DNA of 64,000 bases from Octopus vulgaris. Taxonomy: Eukaryota. This document shows, piece after piece, positions 23,770 through 39,581 of this stretch. The notes beneath the pieces were generated by a model. It saw only the letters and a list, made by a program, of their open reading frames with translations. It was not told where the DNA came from and searched no databases. Each line of letters begins with the position of its first letter. Within the stretch, counting starts at the first letter, position 1. The DNA lies in contig OX597831.1 of NCBI GenBank assembly GCA_951406725.2, positions 30,814,001 to 30,878,000 on the forward strand, read 5' to 3'. The translations under genes were made by a program, and so were the position numbers.

Positions 23770-25479
23770 CTTTCGTACTGTAGTCACAAGGCCTGAAACT
23801 TAGGGGAAAGAGACTTGTCGATTATATCAACCTCAGTACTTGACTGGTACTTATTGTATTGATTGAGGATAACCCAAATGATATCAGTTCTAAATCCCAC
23901 TAAACACTGTGTTAAGACGCACATCTTTAAGAAGAAATACAGAAGAACAGCAACCGTCACGCTCGGACGAAGCCCATGTTTCTCATCTCCGCTGTAAACG
24001 GCATTAGTTTGGACCATAAAGAGTGTTTTAATACTTTCAAACTATCAAACAACCGAGAAGTAATATTTAAATGTGGATGTCCTGGTAGAACAAATACTGA
24101 GGAAGATACCACGAGAGAAACTCTTATATTGGCTTTTGGTGCATATAAACACTCTTGTTTATATCGCTAGCAAGGAGATAAACCCCCGCCATCTCCAGCG
24201 CCGAGACCACCAGATCACCTGATTTCGCCTTTTGTAAATGATTGTCGCTAGTTGGAGATATGGCATAAGCGCAAAATCAGATTTGTGGGTCATGTTTCAA
24301 CTTTAAGTTGACTACCTGCGTGCCATAGATTCGATCGTGCAGCTACCTAACAGCAACATCTACAATAATGAGTAACTTGCACGAATGAACAAGAGTCTGC
24401 ATTTGGTCATTTGATCTTTATCAAATTGCAGCCAACCTTGTTTAAACAGGAAGGATGCAATGTGCATCGAGAACAACATTATTCGATGATTGAAATTAAG
24501 ATGACTGCTCGTGACTGGAATGCTTTTGATCATAGTTTTGCCCATTGAGATTTAGCCTGTGGTTAAACAACATCAATGAGTAACTTGATAGTTAAAAATA
24601 TATTCCTATGAAGTGAACAAACGACTGTTATGGGTGTTTTAAATATCTCTGTTAAATGTGCAGACGACCGTTCAGTTTTAATTTCGTTTAAGTCGTCACG
24701 TTGAAATCCGTGTTATATCTATCAGGAGAAATTGACGATCGTTATAACGTGTTTACATGTTTTCTGATGTGGCGTGTTGAAATGTTTCTACTACAGAATT
24801 AAACTATTCGTTATGGCGCTCTTAAACAACTCTCTTAAACAGACAGACGACCATTAAAGGGTAATGAAATGTTTATGCAGACGACTGTTGCGAAGTGTTT
24901 AAATGAAGTCTATGAAATTCAACAAGGCGCCGTTGTTGTTGTCGTTGTTACTTTTGCTGCTGTTTTTACTGCTCTTGTTATTATTTTTGTTGCTGCTGCT
25001 GCTATTGCTGCCGTTGTCATCGTTGTTGCTGTGACTGTTTAACCCCAGTTCAGCGCTGATCGAGCCGACCTGTAATGGAAACGTTCTAATCATGACTAAA
25101 CAATCTACATTTTCACGCGTTCCCTTTTTTTCAAAACAGCCTATCTCGGATTATTATTTTCAGTATATAGTTTTTTCAAGAAAATAAAATATTATTTGCG
25201 AGAGATACGGCTGTATTGTCAAGCACTTTAAATCTGTCTATTGAAAGAACAACGTTATCCAAAGAAATCATAAAAATTGGTTTGGTGTCAATTTATCGAA
25301 AACACGAGGAATACTGTGAAGTATACAGGAGAATACTAATACAAGGACGAAGACGGTGATGAATATAAACGGTTAGTTCCTTCTGTGACAAAAGTATTCC
25401 TGTGTGGACAAATACTGTTTATTGGAACCAGTTAAAGTGTAAAATGATATACTCTAAATATCAGTCTCGTTTACGACTT

Positions 25480-25825
25480 CAACAGATTTTTGCAGTTCCA
25501 GTCAGTGATGGATTGGATATATGGTCTTCGAATCAGCTTTCTTCTTTCTGGTTTTGAGATACCTAATTTCTCAAGATTGGTATTAAGGCAGTGTATTACA
25601 TATCTCAGGGCTTCAGTAATTACAGGTATAAACTTGGACTTGTAATCTGGTTAGAATTAACCGCAGATTTCTCAGTAGTTCAGCATAGGTATACTTTTTA
25701 ACCGATCTTCAACTTTATGTTAACATCCGCTGGGCAGCTGATTTCCACAAGTGTACACAGTTTCTCTTCTCTATCCCAAATCATTATATCAGATCTGTTG
25801 TGCCTGCATTTTATTGAGGTTTTCT
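25480..25825 (-). pseudogene. Restriction-like endonuclease (RLE) C-terminus of an R4/Dong-type non-LTR retrotransposon, frameshifted
   Basis: KCRHNRSDIMIWDREEKLCTLVEISCPADVNIKLK / TYAELLRNL / PDYKSKFIPVITEALRYVIHCLNTNLEKLG...IQSIT fits the RLE pattern HNRPD...(D/E)...P.D.N...K..KY...P...GALG. Confidence 0.85.
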
Positions 25826-25953
25826 CATGTACGTACGTATGTACGTATGTATGTATGAATGAATATGTGTGTGATGTGCATACCTGTATATCTACATGTG
25901 TTTCATGTAGAATGCACATTCTAGCCAACACGGATTTATAGAGTAGAAATATT

Positions 25954-26021
<68 letters not shown>

Positions 26022-26225
26022 TTGTCTGATAATCGCATCAGCGTGAAAATTATGTCGCTAAAAAGAATGGTTAAATATACGATGCGCTCCCAAAACATAT
26101 ATTCTTCTTTCGCTCGATAGAAGTCAACGTTTGAATACAACGCACAGAGAGAGAGGGAGAGAGAGGGAGAGAGAGAGAGAGAGAGAGAAGGGGAGAAAGA
26201 GAGGGAGGGAGGGAAGGAGAGACTA

Positions 26226-26257
<32 letters not shown>

Positions 26258-26534
26258 GAAGAGAGATACATTCATGTGCGAGTGTGTGTATATCTATTTG
26301 TAGATATATACACATATCGACACACTATATCTATATAGATATAAATATAGAGCTATACGTGATATATACACTTGTATTAAAAGCAGCAGCAATATACCTT
26401 GGGTGAACACGACTGCTCTGCCTCTTAAATACACACACTTGACAGCAACACAGCATTATGATCATAAATTCTGTAGGTAGGGAATGATTATAGAGCGCTT
26501 CCTTCTTGATTCACTTCCCGTAATTAGCTTACTC

Positions 26535-26930
26535 ATTGCCCATGGACAGTTTCTTTCCACGTCTGCCAGTTTTTACTAGATGTTCAGCATCATTAATATT
26601 TACTTCACCATATCTGTCGATAATTTTCAACCATTTTTTTTTTCGGCGTAGTTCTGTGTACATCCTTCATTTCCCCACCCCATGAAGGCGTACTAATTGA
26701 TTGTATGACACTCCCGAACGATCCATTCCAGTCATTTAGCCAAACTAACACAACTTCTGTTTTAGAATTAATCCAGAAATAGCAAGTTTAACTGAACGTG
26801 TTCATTGTACAGACTGTTAATCTACGATACTTCAAAAATTTGGGAAAGGCATCTCATTTGCAGATTTCCCAACATATCTTAACCGCTATGAGTAATATTC
26901 ATGATTCAGTTCCTTAAATAATAATCACGT
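26535..26930 (-). pseudogene. RTE-clade LINE RT C-terminal fragment, heavily decayed
   Basis: Pieces in order: *GTES*IL (YGxESW), QMRCLSQIFEVS...NEHV, KQKLC*FG*MTGMD (LRWFGHVxRM), TPKKKWLKII (GRPKKRW). Confidence 0.7.
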
Positions 26931-27267
26931 TATTATAAAAGATTTGTTTTTAATGAATAGCAACAACATTACAAATATAATTATTAATTATAATAAATAT
27001 ATACTAATTCAGCGCAACCTATTACATATTATAAGTCATGATTTATTAAATAAGTTTATGATACATTGATTTAATATATACGTCTGTACACGAAATTATG
27101 TAATTATAAATAATAATAAAAGCATTTTTTTCTTTTTGACGTTTATAAATAAATATCAGAGAGCAAAGATGATAAATAAATGCAGATTTTTGGTAATTAA
27201 TGTGGTGTTATATTTATTTCAACACAGTAATTAGCTAAGAAAATCTAATGGAGTGGAGGAGAAAGAG

Positions 27268-27385
27268 GTGGGGAATTTGGCAGAATCGTTAGCACGTCGG
27301 AAAAAATGCCTTGTCATTCTTCTGGATTTTTACGTTCTGAGTTCTAATTCCGCCGAGGTTAACTTTGCCTTTCTTTCATCCCCGT
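27268..27385 (+). mobile_element. SINE-B 5' fragment
   Basis: TGGCAGAATCGTTAGCACG...TTCTGAGTTCTAATTCCGCCGAGGTTAACTTTGCCTTTC. Confidence 0.75.
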
Positions 27386-28437
27386 CAGAGAGACTGATAG
27401 ATAGATAGATAGATTCATGTATGCACATGGTTGCAAGTAAACACACACCTCATCTCTATGTATAGATGTATGTATGTATGTATGTTTGTTAGTATGTATG
27501 TACGTATGTATAGATACATCTAACTTAGAGATTTTATTCTTTTGTAATTTTATCATTTCCATTTCTGTTTTCACTTCGCAAAATCATTCCCCATCCCACA
27601 CACACATACACACACACAAAGCACTACCAGCTACACTAATTTTCGATACTGCACGTGACATACAATATACTGAAACATGGGCAAGCTGTTATATACACAC
27701 ACGCATGCACATACACATATACAGACATGCACGCATGCGTATAGGCAAACTCATACGCATACTATACTGTTTTCTTTAACAATTGCTATAGTGATCAATT
27801 GTTTCTGCAATCTGATATTCATAGTGTGTATATATATATATATATATATTGTTTGTGTATATATGTAAGTGCATGTGTGTGCATGCGTGCGTGTTTGTAC
27901 ATATATATAAATATCATATATGTGTATGTATGTGCGTGCGTGTTTGCGTATGTATACGTATGTCTTGAGTGGTAGTATGCGTGCGTTTCTGTGTGCATGT
28001 ATGTAAATGTGTATGTGCGCATGAACCTGTAAATCTTCACCACCAAATGATTAAACTCTGGATATTGACTGATATTTAAACATGCAAGCTGATTTAACGC
28101 AGTACAAATTATACAGATGCCGTTGAGAAGCCGCTACCATACTTCGGTAAGAGATAATCTGGAAGATATGGTAGTTAGGGATGGAGAAAGAAAGAGAATG
28201 ATGGGGAGGAAGAAGATTGGTAATACACACACACACACACACACACACACAGATTATCGGAAGTGTACAGTATTGTATATCCATTACGGTCGATCTTAAC
28301 AGTCAGTTTCGCTCTGGGGATTCAACGGAGTGATAGGTAACAACCCGGTTATGTAACCCTGCGCTCACGTTTGTAAGTATACCGGCACCCTTAGAAATAA
28401 ACACACGCACATATACATACACACGCACAGACACACA

Positions 28438-28485
<48 letters not shown>

Positions 28486-28622
28486 GTATGAATATAAGTA
28501 CAGGCCTTTTTAAAGACATGGTAACATAAAGAAATGTTGTCTTTCTTTATGTTTGTACTTACGAATATCTTATATCAGACATAGACACGTATGTGTTCGT
28601 GTGTGTGTTCGTATGTGTGTGA

Positions 28623-28663
<41 letters not shown>

Positions 28664-29905
28664 CGTGTGTGTGTGTGTGTGTGTGTGTGTGCACGTGTGC
28701 GTGCGTGCACACTAATGACCAAGTGTTCGCGATGGATTTGGTCGTTAGTCGTCTTTAAAATAGTGTTGTAAAACTAAAAAAAGCTACCAGGACGCCATCT
28801 TTAATTTTTCAGATATATACCTCTGTGTCTTGGCGTGGTAAGTGAACTAATTTTATTCATATATCTCAGTCAGATGAGGAAACATCATTAACGTATGATG
28901 AGGGAAGAACAATAAATACAGACGAAAATTTGTAAACGCTCTGTGGAAATACGAGTGATAATAAAAACGACAAAAATATCACCAAGAGACGAAGACTCAG
29001 AACAAGACAAAGAAAACGTGACGAATAAAGATTTCTAAGAAACGACAACTAATTCCTTCTGAGAAAAATAACGTGATCCAAGATGAACTAGGATTACCCG
29101 TTATTCGAAAATCAAACAAATGGTTAACAGACAAAATCACACATCTGTGTTTCCACAGATTTTAATGACACAATATCAGAATAAGAATATAAACGACATG
29201 CAAAAAATATATTTCTTGTGAAATTAAAATTAAAACATTTAATTAAACTTAAAATAGGTTATCCCCAATTTCGTGCTTTACACCAATAAATGTTTCAAAA
29301 AGAAAAAAAAATTCTCACTGGTGCATCTGGTTGCTCTCGAGCAAGATTTAAAAAATAGTTTAGTGATCAAAACCGTGGAGTTAACTAACTCAACAAAAGA
29401 AGTAATCTTACGTATTTTATTTCCTTTAATTATATCTTGTTTTAATTACGGTATGTTTTATAGTACTTCTTAAAATTATTTTCGTGCAAATACGTGGTTT
29501 TGTATTCGTGTATGTATAAGCATATATGCACAACATCAGTATGTGTGTGTGTGTGTATGAGCCTCTAAAATTCATGTTATTCCATATATAAATAACGCCT
29601 TTAAAAACTCCTCTCGTATTTTATAAATGTCTTTTCTTACATTCCACGTTATTTTTTCTTTGTAATTCTAGGTGAAAGTTTCGAACGTTTTGCATCAATT
29701 ATACCCCTTCAAGCTATTATTATTATTATTATTATTATCTCATTAGCATTTTTATGAACATCAAATTAAGACGAAAGGAGCAACAGACCCAAATTATCAT
29801 ATCACAGAAATTGATGGATAGGTTGTTCTTGCACCAACTTACAGTTAATGAACTCACTCGAGGATTAATTATCCCATTCTGATAAACTAAAGTAGTACTA
29901 AGTGC

Positions 29906-29982
<77 letters not shown>

Positions 29983-30264
29983 TATATATATCGGTCCTGA
30001 TTTCTCTGTGTCCCACTGACTTGTTATTTGTTGTTTTCTGATGGCTTAGGGGGCCTTCTAAGCGTTACCACCTACCATTCTTGTCTTTTGGGCCCTAAGG
30101 CTATATTTTACCCATTTCTTGTTTGTTTCGTCTTTGTTCATCGTCTTAAATTACATTTATTTACTTTCGGCCCAATATTCTCCGCAATTTTCGCGTGCAC
30201 GGCGATATATTTCTATATATCTACATATATACACGTATATATATACGTGTGTGTGTGTATACAT

Positions 30265-30340
<76 letters not shown>

Positions 30341-30564
30341 ATAGATTGATAGATAAGGCTAAAGAAAGAGATATATGAGAAATAAGGATAAACACAAGTT
30401 CATATTCTATCTCCTACGGGTGTTTTACTATCATGGCTGTTTAGTGCGTGGCAATAGTTGTTCCTCATGCATTTAGATGCTCAACACACCGAGTCATTAG
30501 GTAACAGCTAACTGCATTTAGTTAGAGCCAGCTATGTCCCACATGTATATGCGTGTGTGTGTGT

Positions 30565-30960
30565 CTGTAGTTGTGTGGTAAGAAATTTGCTTGCCAACCA
30601 CATGATTCCTGGTTTAGGCCCACAATGTGGCACTTTGGATAAGTGTCTTCTACTATAGCCTCTGGCCGATTAAAGCCTCGTGAATGGATTAAGTAGACGG
30701 AAACTGAAAGAAGCCCGTAGTATATGGATATATCTATGTATTTCTTTGTCTCTGTGTTTGTCTCCCACCAACGCTTGACAACCGGCGCTGGTTTGTTTAC
30801 ATCCCAATAACTTAGCGATTCAGCAAAACAAAATAGATAGAATAAGTAACAGGCTTAGAAAAAAGCATTAGAGTAGATTAATTTCGTTCAATAAAATACT
30901 TCAAGGCGGTGCCCCAGCACGGCCGCAGTCTAATGGCTGAAACAAATGAAAGAAAAGAGT
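30565..30960 (+). mobile_element. SINE-A, older copy
   Basis: Collinear with young A copies from head to tail. Confidence 0.85.
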
Positions 30961-31147
30961 GCACAACTTTTTTCTCTCCGTTTTATTCCCCTCTTTCTCC
31001 ATTTTTTTCCCCTCTTATCCCTCTCTGTCGAACTGGGTGGGCTCGAAACATCAAACACTTTTCCATTCTTTCTAACCGGCAAACTACTACACCCGCTTGT
31101 TGTTCCCTCACCTGTCTTAATCTTCTGTTTTCTGTAAACTAGAACTA
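30961..31147 (+). mobile_element. Family I element, degenerate hammerhead-like motif
   Basis: CTGTCGAA...GGCTCGAAACATC and tail CAAACTACTACACCCGCTTGTTGTTCC...CACCTGTC match 20600-20775. Confidence 0.55.
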
Positions 31148-31210
<63 letters not shown>

Positions 31211-31426
31211 ACGGGGTGGGGGATCTGAGTGCGTGCGTATATATATATACGTGCGTGTGTGTGCGTATATGTATATATATAAATATATGTTTATATATAT
31301 GTATATATATATATATATATATGCCACGCCTTGGTTAACTCTGTCTATCAATACTAGACGGAAATATTTCGTTTACAACGAACGCATTCGAAAGGAATAC
31401 CTATAATAGTAAGTAGTTGTAGTGGC

Positions 31427-33350
<1,924 letters not shown>

Positions 33351-33499
33351 GTCTATGGGTGTATGCGTGTGTTTCTGTGTTATGTGTGCGAATGTGCTAT
33401 GTGTGAAATTTCGTAAAAGGAATGTAGGTATTCCTGCATAAACTATTGCCACTTCATGTGACGTGTTCTTATCTATCTATCTACATACACATATCTGCA

Positions 33500-33534
<35 letters not shown>

Positions 33535-33896
33535 ATAAAACGGTAAGATAACAAAAGAAAGAAAGAGACCTCAATATTATGTAAATATGACTTATCTGGA
33601 AAAGCAGCTTAGACCCTACCACATGTCTAAATACAAGGACAGAGCTTTTCGGATCATGCCCACATGTGACTAAATTTCTGTTACGTTTTTGGTCCCCTAA
33701 AGAAAACGGATAGAACATGCTTTCTGTGTTATGTCCCAAGAAGATTTTATATATTTTTATATATTTTTTTATGTATTTTTATATAATTTTTATGACGAAA
33801 AATGCGAGCGATGTATAAGTACGCAGGCAAAGCAGAGTTATAACAGAGTAATTTCCCTTCATTTTTAACGGTATTTTTTCATAACGTTTTCAAATA

Positions 33897-33990
33897 GCCA
33901 GATAACCGAAGAGATGGTGTTGTGGATTTCCACTTCGGCATCTAAAACTCAGAGTTTTATCTTGACTACCGAGTAATGTAACATATTGTA
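33897..33990 (+). mobile_element. Second copy of the 22010-22108 element
   Basis: GCCAGATAACCGAAGAGATGG...CTCAGAGTTTTATCTTG. Confidence 0.7.
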
Positions 33991-34384
33991 TAGATATATA
34001 TATATATATATATAGACCACACACACACACGCATGTATGGGTTTGTGTGCATGAATGCATATATGTGCGTATGCATTTGTATACATGTTCGCATACGTAC
34101 TTGAGCACATCTACAATTTTGTCTCTTTGTAATTTATACGCAAGTATGAGCACAAGCTCAGTGTGTGTGAAATTCAGGAATGGTGGGGGGCATCAGGTAT
34201 TCATTATATTTGAATACACGGTAGTATGAAGCATTCAACAGAAGTTCGACTTCATATCAACGTGTAACTCACACACGCTGACGTTCTAACTCGGTGTAGC
34301 ACAGATATAGAATTTAGAAATGCATGTTACAGCTTGAAGCCAAACGCAGAGGGGGTTACGTGACGATGTGTGTGGTGTGCACAT

Positions 34385-34523
34385 CGTAAACACACCAGTA
34401 TCGGTTGTCAAGCGATGTTGGGTGCACAAACACAGACACACAAACATACATACATACATACATACATACATACATACGTACATAGATACATATATATATA
34501 TACATACATACATACATATATAT

Positions 34524-34556
<33 letters not shown>

Positions 34557-34565
34557 TACACTTAC

Positions 34566-34600
<35 letters not shown>

Positions 34601-34621
34601 CATGCATACATATATATATAT

Positions 34622-34665
<44 letters not shown>

Positions 34666-34668
34666 CAT

Positions 34669-34709
<41 letters not shown>

Positions 34710-34710
34710 C

Positions 34711-34742
<32 letters not shown>

Positions 34743-34844
34743 GCTGTTTGTTTGTATTCCACCTGCCTTCGTCTTTTGTTTATTTCCGTAAACCTGCCTT
34801 CGTCTTTTGTCTATTTTCATAAAGCTTACCGTTATATACATACA

Positions 34845-34878
<34 letters not shown>

Positions 34879-35064
34879 CATACATGCATATATATATATA
34901 CGACGGGCTTCTTTCAGTTTCTGTCTATCAAATCCACTCATAAGGCTTTGGTTGGCACGAGGCTATAGTAGAAGACACTTGCCCAAGGTTCCACGCAGTG
35001 GGAATGAGCCCGGAACCATGTGGTTGGTAAACAAGCTACTTGCCACACAGCCCCTCCTGCGCTT
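34385..35064 (-). mobile_element. SINE-A with internal microsatellite expanded to ~450 bp and a nested family I tail (34742-34832)
   Basis: A 3' body at 34385-34445 and A 5' half at 34900-35064 bracket (CATA)n/(TA)n. Confidence 0.85.
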
Positions 35065-35423
35065 ATGGGAAGTTTAAGGAACCAACTGTAGCGGAAAATC
35101 GATGTTGTACATGTCTTTAAACTAGAAGAATCAGAATTTGCTATATGACTTCAATGAAGGCATCACAGGCTATAATTACGCATGATATACTATGCGTATA
35201 TCATAGAAAACACTATGAGGAATATCAGAAGGAAGTAACGCTATGACTTCTTCTGATGAGAGAACTCACGCTCCATCGTGAAGTCTTTCGTCGTAGCGTT
35301 ATCAAATCGCTACCAAAGCATACGATACATGACGATGATTCTAGAGATTAAGATTTATTCTGGCGTATCACAGATTAAGTTGTGTCTTCACCAGTAATGC
35401 CATTGAACAATTTTTATACACTA

Positions 35424-35583
35424 GCCGGAGTGGCTGTGTGGTAAGTAGCTTGCTTACCAACCACATGGTTCCAGGTTCAGTCCCACTGCGTGGCACCTTG
35501 GGCGAGTGTCTTCTACTGTAGCTTCGGGCCGAAAAAAGCCTTGTGAGTGGATTTGGTAGACGGACACTGAAAGAAGCCCGTCG

Positions 35584-35667
<84 letters not shown>

Positions 35668-35894
35668 TGTGTGTTTGTGTGTGTTTGTGTGCCTGTATTT
35701 GTCCCCCAATATCGTTTGACAACCGATGCTGGTGTGTTTACGTCCCCGTCACTTGGCGGTTCGGCAAAAAGAGTCCGATAGAATAAATACTAGGCTTAAA
35801 AAGAATTAGTCCTGGGGTCAATTTGTTCGACTAAAGGTGGTGCTCCAGTACAGCCGCAGTCAAATGACTGAAACAAGTAAAAGAGTAAAGAGTA
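35424..35894 (+). mobile_element. SINE-A, near full length
   Basis: Head, internal (TA)(TG) tract, AAAGAGT tail. Confidence 0.92.
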
Positions 35895-35976
35895 GCCAGA
35901 GTCAAGAGTGTGACTAATAAGCTTTTATTACGCAGACACGCATTTAGTTTTATCAACGAGCATCCATATACAATAG

Positions 35977-36349
35977 GAGCACTCTCGGTTACGACGATGA
36001 GGGTCCCAGCTGATACGATCAACGGAACAGCTTGCTCGTGGAATTAACGTGCAAGTGGCTGAGCATTCCACAGACACGTGTACCCTTAACGTAGTTCTCG
36101 AGGAGATTCAGCGTGACACAGAGTGTGACAAGGCTGGCCCTTTGAAATACAGGTACAACAGGAAGAAAGAGTGAGAGAAAGTTGTGGTGAAAGAGTACAG
36201 CAGGGTTCACCACCACCCCCTGCAGGAGCCTTGTGAAGCTTTAGGTGTTTTCGCTCAATAAACACTCACAATGCCCGGTCTGGGAATCGAAACCGCGATC
36301 CTACGACCGCGAGTCCGCTGCCCTAACCACTGGGCCATTGCGCCTCCAC
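35977..36349 (-). mobile_element. SINE-C1 with 13-bp TSD
   Basis: Head GTGGAGGCGCAATGGCCCAGTGGTTAGGG, B box GTTTCGATTCCC; TSD CCATAYACAATAG at 35964-35976 and 36350-36362. Confidence 0.93.
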
Positions 36350-36876
36350 CCATACACAATAGTCATTTAACAAACTACGAGCCGAAACGTAAGTCTCGCG
36401 AGTTACACAGAATTCACAGCGCTATCGAGACAGAAAATCAATAGCAGCCTTTGTGTGTTTGGCTTTCGATAAAAGGATTCTAGGACTATTCACTTGGCAG
36501 CTTCAAGATAATGACACGAAATGCTGATGCTTCAGAGTAGAAAACTCATTCATTATCAGTCTTTGGTGTGTGGCATGTCGCAAATAGAAAATGGTAAAGG
36601 GTCGGTTTTTTGCGATTTGTCATTTTATATACTGCCGTTTGTGTGTATGCGTATGTGAAACAGATGAGTTCGCCGTTGGGCCTCTTACTGTCACAGTGAA
36701 GCAATACAGTATACATTCTACATAATTGTCTATTGAGTCCTCTTTTCAACTAATGTACACACACACACACACACACACACGCACGCACATACACACACAC
36801 ACACACACATACACACACGCACACACATACACACACACACACATGATGATTGTGTATGTGGCTATAAATGTATTTG

Positions 36877-37048
36877 TAGGAGTGGCGTAGGAGTGGCTGT
36901 ATGGTAAGTAGCTTGCTTACCAACCACATGGTTCCGGGTTCAGTCCCATTGCGTGGCACCTTGGGCAAGTGTCTTCTACCATAGCCTCGGGCCGACCAAA
37001 GCTTTGTGAGAGGATTTAGTAGACGGAAACTGAAAGAAACCCGTCGTA

Positions 37049-37105
<57 letters not shown>

Positions 37106-37350
37106 ATATGTTTGTGTGTCTGTGTTTGTCCCCACCACCACCACCTCCAACATCGCTTGACAACCGATGCTGGTGTGTTTCCGTCCCCGAAACTTAGCGG
37201 TTCGGCGGACGAGACCGATAGTATAAGTACTAGGTTTACAAAGAATAAGTCCTGGGGTCGATTTGCTCGACTAAAAAGCGGTGCTCCAGCATGGCCATAG
37301 TCAAATGACTGAAACAAGTGAAAGAAAGAAAGAAAGAAAGAATGAAAGAA
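36877..37350 (+). mobile_element. SINE-A, full length, (AAAG)n tail
   Basis: Collinear with other A copies. Confidence 0.92.
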
Positions 37351-38070
37351 TTGTAACCTACATTTCTATATTCTTATGTTTCTGTAGAAGCTCATCTACA
37401 TTTGCATATTTATAATTTACATCTAGCGAGAGAGAAATAAGAGAATTATACGTTCATTTGAGTTTGTATGTATCTCTTCAAAGCCAACGATAGTACAGGA
37501 AGGGTTAGAGAGAGAGAAAGAATGTGAGTGAGTGAATGAGTGAGTGGGAAGAGAAAGGAAGAAAGAGGTAGAAGCACAGAGAAAGGGAATAAGATAAACA
37601 GAGACACAGAAACCTTCAGACAGACAGACAGAGACGAGATGCCGCTGAAGCCGACAGATGTAGCTTGCAGGGGCGGACAGACAGACAGATATAGTCACAC
37701 GTGTGAATAAGTTAAAATAAGAAAAGAAAAAAAGCTGTTGAGGACGACATACTAGTATTCAATTCACTGGTAAACCACACTGGTAAACCAACTGAGAAGT
37801 TGAGAAATTCTTCATCTCTCTCTCTCTACACACACACACGCAGACAAACAACGACTCGCACTCAACTCATGTTCTTACAGCGAACAATACTAAACCATCC
37901 TAATTTTTGCTCTTTACTTGTCTACTAACAGCATGGATATACTCAGTTAACCGAAGTCTTTCAACTTGTTAATTTGACGTATTCAGTGTTTGTTTTCAGG
38001 ATCCCCAAATTTTCATTCCGGTAGTTTCCCTCCATTCTATCACTATCTATAATTAGCATCATTTCATCCC

Positions 38071-38138
<68 letters not shown>

Positions 38139-38237
38139 TATATATGCTCTTGTGTAGTGTTTTAATAAAGTATATGATTCGGTATTATCTGATAGTTGAT
38201 GAATGATTTAGATATATTTCTCCATTTTTTCATTTTG

Positions 38238-38268
<31 letters not shown>

Positions 38269-38285
38269 ATGTATATATATATTAT

Positions 38286-38669
38286 TTTATTTGCTTCAGT
38301 CACTTGGCTGTGGCCATGTTGGAGCACTGCTTCAGTCGAACAAGTCGACCCCAGGACTTGTTCCTTGTAAGCCTAATACCTATCGGTATCTTTTGCCAAA
38401 CCGCTAAGTTATGGGGACGTAAACACAGCAACATCGGTTATCAAGCGAAGTTGAGGGACAAACACACACACACACACGCACACACACACACACACATACA
38501 CGCACACACATATACGGGCTTTTTTCAGTCTACCAAATCCACTCACAAGGCTTTGGTCGGCCCGAGGCTATAGTAGAAGACACTTGAACAAGGTGCCACA
38601 CAGTGGGACTGAACCAAGAACCATGTTGTTTGGAAGCAAGCTACTTACCACACAGCCACACCTGCGCCT
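38286..38669 (-). mobile_element. SINE-A
   Basis: Collinear with other A copies. Confidence 0.9.
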
Positions 38670-38688
38670 CATAAATACATACACACAC

Positions 38689-38793
<105 letters not shown>

Positions 38794-38971
38794 TATATAA
38801 TGGCCCCTCTCACCTGCGTTGTCTCCTTCATATTCTGGTATAGAAAACAAAAGGTGTAAATCCTACGAGTATAACCTAATAGCAATCTGGCAATTTTGCA
38901 TTTATATGTTTACTTTTCTTTCTTTCTTTCTTCTTTTTTTCCGTTTCCTACTGTTCTGTCCATCCCTATCT

Positions 38972-39032
<61 letters not shown>

Positions 39033-39581
39033 CATCTTGGTTTTCTTCAATCTCTCTCCGTACCGTTCACTCTGTTTTACTTTATCTTTCACTACACACA
39101 CATAGACACACACACACAAGCCTACCATATACAACTATATACAACCATATATAATTCTCTTTCTCGTACTTTCACTCTCTTTAGACACATGCACACACAC
39201 ACACACACACACATACACACAAGAACACATGCATACACACACACGCATAAATTATCAAGTGCTGGAAATTAGCCAGATTCATTAGAGAGCCAGTTAGATT
39301 GGTTTGCGATATTTATTTGTTCCATCTCTCTGCGTTCTGATTTCAAATGTCATTGAGATCAACTTTGCATTTCATCTTTTCGAGGTCGATAAATATTTTA
39401 CCAGTCTAGGACATTGTGTTGGCGCAATCGTTAGTGGTTAGGATACTTTGTTCGCAGTATTTATTCCGGCTCTTTGCGTTCTGATAGCAGAAGTTTGCGA
39501 TGCCTGTAATACCAACTTGTTTCGGTTCTTGCGTTTCCTTTGCACATGTAGAAAGAAGGGAGACTTGTATACACGAGCTGC

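Noticed and set aside
28866-29090. Purine-rich stretch resembling an acidic transposase N-terminus
   Set aside because: Stops in the frame examined and no recognisable motif or termini.
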